From: the human T2T-CHM13v2.0 reference genome, Homo sapiens
NCBI GenBank assembly: GCA_009914755.4
Contig: CP086569.2
Span: 3,296,001-3,360,000, forward strand
Direction of reading: 5' to 3'
Length of the DNA: 64,000 bases
Under the pieces are notes generated by a model. The model was not told the DNA's origin, did not search any database, and saw only the letters and a list, made by a program, of their open reading frames with translations. The position numbers were made by a program, and so were the translations under genes. This document shows, one piece after another, positions 13,317-27,376 of the stretch (positions within the stretch are counted from its first letter, which is position 1; each line of letters opens with the position of its first letter).

Positions 13317-15879
13317 ATAGAGTGTGGAGTGGGAAATCAGGGGACTCACAGCCTTCAGAGCTGACAGCCCCGAACAGAGATTTACCCACGTATTTATTGA
13401 CAGCAAGCCAGTGATAAGCATTATTTCTATAGATGATAGATTAACTAAAAGTATTGCTTACGGGAAACAAAGGGATGGGCTGAAACAAAGGGATGGGCTT
13501 TGGCTAGTTATCTGGAACAGGAACATGTCCTTAAGGCACAGATCGCTGGTGCTATTGTTTGTGGTTTAAGAATGCCTTTAAGCGGTTTTCTGCCCTGGGT
13601 GGGCCAGGTGTTCCTTGCCATCATTCCGGTAAACCCACAACCTTCAGCGTGGGCATCGTGGCCATCACAAACATGTCACAGTGCTGCAGAGATTTTGTTT
13701 GTGGCCAGTTTTGGGGCCAGTTTATGGCCAGATTTGGGAGCCTATCTCCAGCATGTGTGTTTCCTTTGAATTCTTTCCTTGGAAAAGAAAAAGGACAGAG
13801 ATAGCTGCACACTCACCTGCGGGTAACATACTGTTGTTACATACTGGGATATGCTATCTAGTGGTAAGATGCTGCAATGCCTCACCTTCTTTGGCTAGAA
13901 GCATTCAAACTCTTGTAGGTGGTCTCTCCTCCTTTCTCTTTTTTCCTTTTTGTCTCCCACTCATTTCTTTTCCTTCCTTTCCCCTTTTTCCTCCTTCTAC
14001 TTGTTTCTTTTTTTTTCACTTCACTTTTTCTTTCTCCTGCTTACTAACTCTTCTGCAGGACAATTCCCCTTAGCTACAGTGGCTCTGCTCCCTCCAGCTG
14101 ATTTCTCAGCTCATCTTGGAGGTGATTCCCAGAGGTGGGTGGACTTTAGGGTCCAGACCCTGCAGACCTCAACTACTGTGCCTCTCCTGACAGGAGGCTT
14201 GCAAGGGTAGCAGGTTTAAGCCTGGGCTGTGCAATGTCTGGGGTACTTCCCTTTTCTCCTTCAACTAAAATCAAGTCTTTCCCGAAACCCACACCTGGGT
14301 CATCTATTCTCTCGTGCCCTTTTATGTGTCCTCTGAAATGACCACGCACACTAACTGCACTATTTGCCTCAGGGGCAAGTCAGCCTCTTTTCCACTCTCA
14401 CTTTGTGTGCCATGCGAGTTATTTTCCTACTTCAAACCTACACTCCTTGTTTGCCATTTGTGTGCTTGTGGCCTTTGCTGTGTCTTCCTGGCAGCCAAGA
14501 GGCAGACACCTTTACTGGTGTCCCTTGATATCTACACTTGCTTTTACCCCTCCAGTCTGGATGATCTCCAGCCTATCCCCTGCCTCTTGGCTCACTGTCA
14601 AAATAAGCACTTCTCAGAGCCCTGGCTCTATCAACTACTGATTACTTACTATCTTTACTTACCATTCTTTATCCCCAGCAAGCTCCAGGAATTAGTATTC
14701 TGCTGGTCCTTAAAGAGGTTTATCCACTTTGACATAGCCTCCAATTGTGGTCCTTTAAGGACACCCCCTACCTCAATTCTGGGGGTAGTTCCTTTTTGGG
14801 AAAAGAGAACATTTTTCCTGCACCTAGTAAGACTCTTTATTCCAAACTCCCTGGTTCTCCAGAGGTTTCTCCTTTTTATCAAAAATGCGAACAAGCACTG
14901 CCCACTAGGGACCAGAGGCTGCTGTTTCTGTGAAAGCACAAGGGCTTTCCATGAATATCCACCAGGCTTCCTTACCTATCCACCTGTTAGATAGTGATTG
15001 CCTTGATTGTTTAAACACTTCTTTTTCATGTTGCTAACAGAGGATGGAATTTTCCTACCTTCTTCTGAACCTCTCCATGTCATTCTCAAAATGCACAAAG
15101 ATCTCCAAGCCTACATACAAAAAAAAAAAAAAAAAAAAAAGCCCAGCCTCTTTGGAGCTTGAAAGGGAATAGGACATCTACCTAAAAGGACCTGGGGAAT
15201 GGAAGCATGAGAGGATGGGAAATCATCATTTAATTGCTAAGATGCTCCAGATGGGGGTCACTGCAAGGTCAGGGAGGCAGGGATATACGCCCACCCATGG
15301 CTGCAGGTGCAAGATACCAAAGTACCCATAGAAGAGAGGTGAAGGCTGGTCCCAGGCTACAGCACAGAACAGATTACCATTAAAACAGAGATGAAGAAAA
15401 GGTTTGTGGTACTCAGTAACACCAGTTTATTTTGGGGCCCAAAGGATAAATAGAGGGCCCTTGTTCATTCCCATATCCCCTCTGTTCTGTAGTGGGTAAT
15501 TGTGCCTCCATAAGATGATATGGCACCAAGATTAAGGGTACCTGGTGAGATGGGTTTATTCAAGAACTTCAAATACAAATGGGGGATGCTGTGTTCAGGA
15601 AAAGATAATAAGGATATAAGAGGGGCCACCTACTTTTTCCTTTTTCTCCTCTATTCTCTCTTCACAGTTGGGTAATTGCATCTCCATACCACAGGACATA
15701 CCCCTTGGATGCATCCTTAAGGAATTGAAAAATGTGATTCCCTAAAACCATATAATAACAAGGAAAAACTAGCTTTAATTTGTAATACAGTTTGGCCTAA
15801 AATAAACTGGAAAAAATTACAAAAGCCAGCCTAAAACCCCAGACCCCCTATGTAGGAAATCCTCAAGTTAGCCTCTGCA

Positions 15880-16599
<720 letters not shown>

Positions 16600-18829
16600 T
16601 TATAAATTTCCCTTTTGGGTTCAAGAGCTGCCTACTTTGCTAATCTCCAGCTCTAAGAAACTCTCCTCCAAATCCTGTTGGGTAATATGAGCAAATGGCA
16701 GCTGCTACCTCCAAAAGAAAATATTCTCACCCCTTTATATTAGTTAAGGGACCAATTATTAATCTCTCACTATTCCCTTGTAATGCCTAAATGCCCCACA
16801 CCCCTTTGGGCAAAAATATATGTCCATGATGGGTGCCTGATTAATATTCACCCAACCTCTAAATTTATCTTTCCCTCTAATATTGTTTTTCCTGGGAAAA
16901 CTACATAAATCTTTAACCAATAACTTCAACCTGGACAGTCCTACTTCAGGAGTTTAAAAATAGCCCACATGTATTCAAACAAACCCTAGCAAGAAATCTA
17001 ACCAAGTAATTGCTTGAGGGGGGATAACAGTGTGTAGATAACCTCCTTATCTGTTCCCTGTTCAAAGGACTTGATTGGCAACATGTAGTACAAACCATAA
17101 CTTCCTAACAGAAGGAAAATGACTTTTGTCTAATTCAAACTTTATGAAAGTAAAGAGGTAGTTTTAATAAGGAAGGTTATAAAGAAAAGAGATTTTTGTA
17201 TAAGAAAAGATCTTTCATGGTAAATTCTTGTCCTAAAGTAAAATAACTGGTTGTTTAAAAAAGAAAGATGTTTAGGACAGGTTATAAAGTCCATGCATGT
17301 CGTAGATGGTCTATGTAATTCATAAAAAATTTGTGAAAGGAAATTTATAAAAGGAATGTTGTATGTAATTAAGGCATAATAGTCTCTTTAAAATTGGTTT
17401 CCTATGTTAAAAAAAGGTTGTCTTAAAGTATTAATCTGCTCTTAATAAAATTACAAGATGTTTTAATTTTTATTTCATAAACCGTTTCTTTTAACGATTC
17501 CCCAGAATCATATATGGCCCGATGCTAAATTGTTTTACCTAAAAAAGCAATGTTTTTATCCAATATAACTGAATTCTGTACTCCTGACTTTTGTTAATAT
17601 GTCTACATTTTCAACATAACCAAAAAACTTCTCATGCTATTCCTAAGAGTCATGTATTCTGCTGTACTAATACTTTGAACATACTCTTGCTGTATCTAAT
17701 TAAATTCAAACACTTTTCACCAAATTTAACTTTCAGGTTATCTGATTGGGCTTTCCATAAGGAAAAACAGTCACACTGCAAAAGGTTTTTCTTTGCCTTT
17801 TCAGTAACTGACTTTTTAAAAACAAGATTTTATATTCACTATGTTGTCTTTATAAGGTTTTTGGTTGTGAGAAAAACTTTAATGCCTTTTAGTTCACATG
17901 ACTTTAATAATCTTTGGTAAATGAAAACGATTTTAAAGGTTATTAGATCTACAAAATTCTTTAAAGTCATAAACTGATACAGTGACTCTTAATAACAGTA
18001 CAACTTTCCTGCTTTAAAGCCATTAAATTCTAGGCAAGACCTGAGAACATATGCAATTAGCCATGCCCCCAGCTATGCTAAAAAGAAGTCAGATCTTTAT
18101 TTTGTTTTGTCATCTCTACTTGTCTTAAAACCTGAGATGCATTCTATATTTGCAGCCAATAAGTTCACCAGGGCCTCCCCCCTAGCTAAACTGGAACTTC
18201 AACCATAGACTGTATATCCCCAGACATCTACATAGCCCATGACAATCTCTTCTAGTATCAATCTAGGGGCATTCCATCTTGCCCAAGGTGAAGAGAGCTT
18301 GCGAAAGTTAAAGGAGAATATTAAAATATAGAAAAACCTCCAAAAAGTAGAACCCTAAGGCTCTTTCCTAGTCCAGATCTTTAAAATATTTGCCAGTTGT
18401 ATATGGCCATGGACAGCCTCAATCCTTCCTCCTATAGTTATGTTTATATTAATTTGCCATTTGACCCCATGCCTCCTTAACACCCTCACCCTTATCATTT
18501 CTTCTAAAATCCAGCAATTTCAGACCAAGCTTCTAATGCTACAGGGATATTCACCTCTATCCTTAGACAAGTACAAAAACATGCCTCTGTCTTCCCTGTA
18601 TTTGGTTGGACACCACTTTTGCCAGCCTATGAATGGAGTCACACTTCCCTAACAGCTAGCAAGATGCTGAGACCCATGGGATGATCCCCACCACTCTGTC
18701 ACCAAGAAGTAGTTATGGAAAACAATCATCCATTGCCCTAAACAATTGGGTCCCAGATGTTTGAGGGAGGCCCATGTAAGAGTAAGTAGTTAGGCATGAG
18801 CAGGACAGGACAGAAGCTCCCCACGTGAA

Positions 18830-19440
18830 TGTTAGGCCTTTGTCAAGCCGTGGTCAGGCAATTATAAATCTGTCCCTCTGAAATGATGAGCAGGACAAGC
18901 GAGGAACCCCAGAGCTGTCTGGTTCTCATCAGCTTATTATGAGTTGTCTGACTCATAATAAGTAGCCATGACTGGCACTGGGAATGAGAGGAGTCTTGCA
19001 ACAGATGGAGAACAACTGGAAATAGCTAGCCATAATTCCTGATAATGTTTCAAGCATGTGCAGTAAAAGAGAAAGGTGGTAGAATTTTATTACTACCTGA
19101 CTCTCCTCTTGGGGCACTTAACCAGTAAGGAACAATTGTCCCTAATGAGCATGTACATGACTTCAGTAAGCACACCGTGCATATGGCCCCTCCCAAGTGC
19201 TGGCAGGCCATTGTCATGTGACAATTAAGCAACAGACCACCCAAAGAAAGAACACAGGGAGCAGACAGAGCATGGGAAAAGATAGGGGGTATAAAAACTC
19301 TAAACAAAGAAGCAAACAAGGTACTTGATTTTTTAAGTCAACCGCTTGTCCCTCATCTAAGTGCACTCTGCTTTCTCTAATAAACTCTTACTTTGCTTGA
19401 AGTAAATTATCCCTCCTGATTGAAACTTTGCCTGTGTCTC
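18830..19440 (+). repeat. 3' LTR of the provirus (U5 shorter than in the 5' copy, probably truncated)
   Basis: Homologous to the 5' LTR parts. Contains gatagggggtataaaaactctaaacaaaga. Confidence 0.7.
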
Positions 19441-20699
19441 TCATCTGAATTATTTTCTTCAAGAAGAAAATGGACTGGGATTGCTGCAGAGTTGCCAATC
19501 CAGAGCTCCTCCAGATAGCTGCAGACCCACCTGCTAGTAACAGATTCATCAACTCCTTTCTACTTCCCAGCTCACCAAGAGGAAATCTCCATTTAAGTCT
19601 ACTGCAGGCAAAAGCACAGTGATCTCTCTGCTAGAGGGCTGTCTTCCTGGGAGGAACAGGATGTTAGCTTTTCTCATCCTTACTCTAGATACCTGTTGTT
19701 GAGTCTACATTCTAGACAACTGCAGGAAAGTGGTGGGTGTTTTCACTTAGCCTAGATATGTGGGACAGGAATTGTACTTCAGGTGTGGGGCTGCAGAGAA
19801 TACTAGGCCCCCAACTGCCTTATCCTTGGCTCATATAGTAGAGGTTCTATGTGGGGAGAATCAAGTCAAGATAAACTGAAGCTATCCCACTTCCTTGAAT
19901 GAGCTTCACCTCTTAAACAGAGAGAAGCAAGCTATCATACCCAACTTCATTTCCAGATCTGTGACTCCAAAGTTTTTCCTGGGAAAGAAACAGGCTATAA
20001 AATAGGAAACTCTGGGTCACTTCCCCAAAAAAACAGACTTCATTTGCAGAAAGGTGTGGAGAATTTCAAGCCTAATGGTCTCAAAAACAATGGAGGTTAT
20101 GGTAAAAAATAAGATTCACTGGGTATGTATGCTAAACAGTAAGGGGCTAGTTTTTCAGAAAGAAACAAGAAAAGAGATAGCTAAGGAGAGCCTTTCTGAA
20201 TCAGAACAAATCTCAAAAACTGACCTTGAAAACCGTCTCTTAAAAGAAAAAAAAAACATGATTCATTTTTATCATCTATGAAGCAATTTATGTCCCAAAG
20301 CATTGATTAAAAAAAATAAAAGAATCAGCTGGCATTTTATGGAGTTTAATAGGTCAGTATGGTCAGTGAAAAACACAAAGAGAGGTCTTCCAATCCCATT
20401 GTCTTTTCAGGATGACTATGGGCATGTCCAAAGCAGGATCCTCTGAGGAGCATCATTGTAGCCTTCAGCTTATGTGGGGATGAAGAGAATTCATTAAAAT
20501 AATCCTGCCAGTTACTAAACAGATTAACAAACCAATAAAGATAACACACTCTGGAGTGGGGACACCAAGACTCAGAGTTGCTAGAATATATTACCTCATA
20601 TTTCCACTTCCTGAGAAATAAGTTATGAGGCATGTAAAGAAACAGAAATATATGATGCATGCACTGGAAAGAATGCAAGCAACAGAAACTGCCTATGAA

Positions 20700-22340
20700 A
20701 ATGAGTGAATATCATATTTGACAGACTTCAATGTATACGTGATTTTAAAAGTACTTCAATGTATGATGACAATATTTCATCAAACAATATCATAAAGGGG
20801 AGAAAATTATATATAAATTAATACAAATTATGGATTTTAAAAATAAAATAACCAATAAATTATTTATTAAAAGGAATAAAGGGTAGATATAAGCTGACAT
20901 AAAAATAATTCACAGATGTAAAGGTAAATTAATAGAGATAATGCAATGAAAAGAACAGGGTAAACAAGAATGAACAATTCACGAAAATGAGCAGAGACTC
21001 CCAGAAATGTGGGACAGCGTTAAATAGTCCAACATACACATATTGCGAATACCAAAAAAAAGGAAAAAAAAAAGAGAAGAAAAGTCATTCCAAAAATTAA
21101 TGACCAAAAATTTCTCAAATTTATTGAAAAGCCTTAATCTACATAAACAGGAATCTCAACAAACTCCAAGTAGGATAAATACCAAAAAATCCACAAATCA
21201 ACACATTATGGTAAAAATGCTGAAAGCCAAAGACAAAATCTGTAAAGCATCAGAGAACAATAACTCATTACTTACAAGAAATCCCCAAAAAGAGGAAAAG
21301 CTGGCTTTTTATAAGGAACGATGAAGAGCAGAAGGCAGTGGGATCACATATGCGGAGTCTAAAAAAAAGCCTATTGAACAAGAACCCTATATCCAAAAAA
21401 TTATCCTATAAGAATGAAAGCAAAAGGAATTTAAAAATGCATAAAACAAAAACTAACCCAAGTAAAGGGAGAATTAACCATTTCTCCCCATAATAGATGG
21501 ATATTTTAATACCCGACATTCAATAATGAATAGAACAACTAGGCAGATGACAAACAAGGAAACAATACTTGAACAACATGATAAACCAAATGGAACTAAC
21601 AGACATTTATAGAACACTTAAAAACAGAAGAATACACATCTTTCTCAAGGGCACACAGGACATTCTTAGAATAGGCCTTATGATAAGTCATTAAATAAAC
21701 TTCCATAAATTTTAATGGATTAAATTAATATAAAAAAGTTCTATGACCACAATTGAATGAAATTTAAAAATCTATAAAAGAAGAAGTTTTGAAAGCTCTC
21801 TTATATGGAAATTAAACAACACACTTTGAAATAACAAACAGGTAAAAGAAGAAATTGAAAGCAAAATTATAAAATACTTAGATATGTAAAAAATTGAAGG
21901 TATAACATAATACTTATTGTACATGGTTAAAGCAGTATTTAAAGGGAAATTTATAATAGTAAATTCTTATCTTAAAATAAACACAAAGCTCTCAAATTAG
22001 TCACCTAACTTTCCACATTATGACACTAGAAAAAGAAAATAAAATATAAATCAAGCAGAAGTAATAAAAAATAAAAATTAAAGCAGAAATGAAAAAAGAG
22101 AATGCAAAATTAGATAAAAATCAAAGAATTCAATAGCTAGTTTATTTAAAAAGTTAAATAAATTGGGAAGCTAATAATTATATAGATGAAGAGTAAAGAA
22201 AATTACTAGATTCCAAAACAAAAGAGAGGATATTACTACTGACTTTAGAGAATAAAAGACTAAAGAGGAATGCTATGAACAATTATGTGAAAATAATCTG
22301 TAATATTATGTTTACTATAATTTTTATTTCTTGGTGTTGT
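20700..22340 (+). mobile_element. Old L1 (L1M-like) fragment, sense: ORF1 3' end and ORF2 endonuclease region
   Basis: ...caacaaactccaagtaggataaataccaaaaaatccacaaatcaacacattatggtaaaaatgctgaaagccaaagacaaa...aacagacatttatagaacacttaaaaacagaagaatacacatctttctcaagggcacacaggacattc... are typical of L1M ORF1/ORF2-EN. Confidence 0.6.
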
Positions 22341-22399
22341 AAAACTATAAGATCTGATTTTCAAAGAGAAGCAAACATAATTATATTTTAAAAATTCCA

Positions 22400-23560
22400 A
22401 AATACTGTTTTGTCAATGCTTTATTGCAATATAATTCACACGTGATACAATTCATTCCATTTGAAGTATACAATCAATTTTAGATGACTGTTACCACATC
22501 AGAAAAAAGGCCTATACCTTTTAGCTATTACACCTTAGTTCCCAGCTCTAAGCAAACAGTAACTACTTTTTGCCTCTCTAGATTTGTCTATGGTAGACAT
22601 TTTGTATTAGCAGTATCATACAATATGTGGTCTTCTGTAAGATAATTATTTCATTTTGAATAATGTTTCCAAGGTTAATCCATATTGTAACCTATATTAG
22701 TAGTCCATTCCATATTTATGACCAAATAATATTCCAATGTATGGATATGGCAAATTTTATTTATCAGTTGATATATATTTGGTCTATTTACATCATTGAA
22801 TATTGTTAATACTGCTATAAACATGTATGATTATATATATATATATATATTCATTTATCTTGGGTTTACAGCTAAGTGTGGAATTGCTGGATCACATGGT
22901 AACACTATAGATAACAATTTGAGGACTCCCAGACTATTTTCAAAAGTGGCTGCACCTTTTATATTCCCCATCATCAGTGTATGAGGGTCTTCTTTATCAA
23001 TGTTCTTGTTAACATGTGGTGCTATCTGACTTTTTGTATATAGAAATTGCAGTGAGTGTAATGTAGCATCTCATTGTGGTTTTGATTTGCATTTACCTGA
23101 TGACTAAATCTTATTGACCATTTGTGTCATCTTTTTTGGAGAAATATTTATCAAGGTCCTTTGCCCAAATTTTAATTGAGTTGTCCTTTTGTTATTTAGT
23201 TGTACGTATTCTTTACATATTAAAATATAAATCCTTTGTCAAATCTGTGACCAAAAATATTTTGTGCTATTTTGTAGGCTTTTTTTAACTTTGTAGTGTC
23301 CTTTGAAGCACAGAAATTTTTAATTTTGATAAAATGCAATTTATCTAATTTTTCCTTTTGTTTCTTGTGTTTTTCTTGTCATACCTAAGAATCTATTGCC
23401 AAATCCAAGGTCACAAAGAATCACCCCTATGCTTCTACTAAAAGTTTAGTTTTAGAACTTACATTTAGGTTTTAAGTCTATTTGTTGAAAGGATTATTTT
23501 TTCCACATTAATAGTGTTAGCACCATTTGGGAAATAGTTTTGGCTTGCTAATGGCCCTTA
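22400..23560 (-). mobile_element. Old L1 fragment, antisense ORF2 region downstream of RT
   Basis: ...catctcattgtggttttgatttgcatttacctgatgactaa...ttggagaaatatttatcaaggtcctttgcccaaattttaattgagttgtcc...agtgtcctttgaagcacagaaatttttaattttgataaaatgcaatttatc... matches L1 antisense. Confidence 0.6.
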
Positions 23561-23699
23561 GTGGAAACTGAATACTTAACCATGAACCTATAAGTTTTCA
23601 TGGAATCTAAGCTATCCATCATAAACTGTAAATAATATATGCAGGCCCTGAAGGCATAATTAAGTTACATAAAACATGGTCCAAATGTCCATAGTCCCT

Positions 23700-25490
<1,791 letters not shown>

Positions 25491-25559
25491 AGAAGTGTTT
25501 TTATCTGTTTGGGAAGTTGCCTCTCCCTGGCGCCTGCACTGAATTAGCACTTTAGTGTG

Positions 25560-26193
25560 ACAGTTGTGAACCATCGGGAGATTGTCTTTCCTTGGCACTG
25601 GCTGCCAAATTATCATTTTAGAGAGGCAATATAGTAACTGCCAAACCATCACCTGATGGTCACCTGACATTCCTGATGGGTGTGGGGGAAGAGCCCTCTC
25701 ATGTCCCACTCATGCCTGTCTAACTACTGTGTGGCTTTTGTAGTTCGACGAGTGGAGGGAAATGGCACTCAGCAGTTTTTTCTTCCCATTGCTCAGAGAG
25801 CAGGAGGAAGGGTTACAGTGTTACAGTATTCCTTCAGTGCCACTTCACCAGCCGGAAATCTCCACGGCTGCCATGACTTCTGCCTGGGCCCTTGCTCAGG
25901 CTGGCCAGTCTCACTACACCCTCTCAGTCCGACAGGCTGCACTTGGCTTGCACCCTGGCCCAGATCCTGTGCCCACTGCAGGATCCATGGTCAGCCTGTG
26001 GCTGGATCAGGCATGGTGCAAGCAGCCTCTGCATTGGGTGCTGGTGTTTAAATAAGGGGAACATGGTGGTGCCCGAAAACTTGGAGATGCCAGCAACCAT
26101 GGAGCCCCAAGGGTTGTTACAGCTCTTGCCCGGGGAGTCCAGAGGTCTAATCCCCCAAGAAATGCTACAGCTGTTGCTCATTCCTGCTGTGTG
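25560..26193 (-). repeat. Possible 3' LTR (U3-R-U5) of the minus-strand ERV1 provirus; boundaries unverified
   Basis: This segment lies between the end of the TM-tail coding (about 26194) and the end of the plus-strand pol fragment. I could not identify TG/CA termini or a polyA signal. Confidence 0.25.
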
Positions 26194-27370
26194 TCACAGC
26201 TCTTTCGGTCCCAAAGCCCACAGCTCCACAAATGGGGGCGTTTTATAGCTCATTTGGTCTGCTGCCTGCAGCTTGGCAAGTTCCAGGTTTTTGTCCCATG
26301 AACAAAAGGAGTAAGGTATGCAACACGGAAGAGTGAGTAGGGCAAAGAATTTTATTGAGCCGACAGAAGGAAAACTCTCACCGGAGAAGGGACCCAAGAG
26401 CAGGTAGCACTCTGTGTGAGAGGGGGCCTAAAAGTGAGTAGCCGTCTGTGTGGCTGAGTCCAAGGTTTTCATGGGCTCAGAATAGCGGAGTGCATGTTGA
26501 TGGCCCATGGGTGGGCCTGGAAAAAGCACCATTTGATTGGCTAAAAGGCATCAAGGAAGTTCTCACTCCAGTCATGGACTCTTCCTGGAACTGGCAGCTC
26601 AGTTTTCAGGATTTAAACTGTCTTTGGCTTGAAGATTGGGTTTCACTGGGGAAACATCCCTGTCTGCCTAGGAATTTGTCTGTCTCCTGCTGCCATCAAT
26701 TTTCCCTCCAAAGAGGTACATCTAACTGCCATTAGGATAGGGATGGTGACTGCTCTAACTGCTTCTTGCTGATGGGGGCATTATTTTGTAAAAATGGCAG
26801 TCATCTCTCTCTCAGAGGCCTAGCTAAGGGTCCCTGGTAAAAGGGAGTCATCATCTGAGGCTCTATTTGCATAACGATTTAATGGCCTCTAGGTGAGGAG
26901 AGAGATTTTACAAGGAGGTTAAATATGCATGGACCAAATATGAGTATTATACAAAGAGAAGCCAAAAGGGCAAAAAATCTAGTGCCAAAGAAAACAGAAA
27001 TAAGAAGTAAAATAGACTAATCATTCTGAAAACAATGTTGTGGCCAGAGCTGTTTTAACCTGGTGAAAGAAATTAAATCTTGTATGCAGGAGGGCAGTTA
27101 AACTTTAGAAGGTAGATAGCTATTTAGGGAAGTAGATAATCCCTGGGCATTCAGGATTAAGGGGTCCTTGGCAAAGATACCTTATGGTAAAGAACAGAAC
27201 AAAGGCAAGAACAGCGAGCACAGGTGAGACTGTAAAGAGAGTATTCATGGAAGGTTAATGATTATTGACATTTATCTTTTGTGATTTTTAGCTTGAGGTC
27301 TCCAATTTCTTCACACTGGTGCTCTGGGTGCTCTTCTGTGTCAACAGAGGTAATTCTGTGTTTCCCAGGC
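26194..27370 (-). pseudogene. env remnant (only about 1.2 kb, so partly deleted), C-terminal TM tail recognisable
   Basis: ORF 26194..26397(-) ...FFALLTLPCCIPYSFCSWDKNLELAKLQAADQ resembles the gammaretroviral TM cytoplasmic tail (LLLFGPCI.N.L..F...RIEAVKLQ). The rest is not clearly alignable. Confidence 0.4.
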
Positions 27371-27376
27371 CTTTAC

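Noticed and set aside
14314-14994. A 226-aa ORF (the longest in the window not obviously TE-derived) inside the plus-strand provirus between the 5' LTR and the gag zinc knuckle
   Set aside because: The translation is low-complexity (Leu/Phe/Cys/Pro-rich) with no resemblance to gag MA/CA or to any protein family I recognise. It lies in a pyrimidine-rich stretch where stop codons (TAA/TAG/TGA) are depleted by composition. A chance ORF of this length is plausible in 64 kb across six frames.
26228-26362. TATAAAA and AATAAA motifs that I first read as LTR promoter and polyA signals of the minus-strand provirus
   Set aside because: On the minus strand they occur in the wrong order (AATAAA before TATAAA), and both lie inside the region that translates as the env TM cytoplasmic tail. 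They are coincidental A/T-rich hexamers, and the real 3' LTR must lie left of about 26194.
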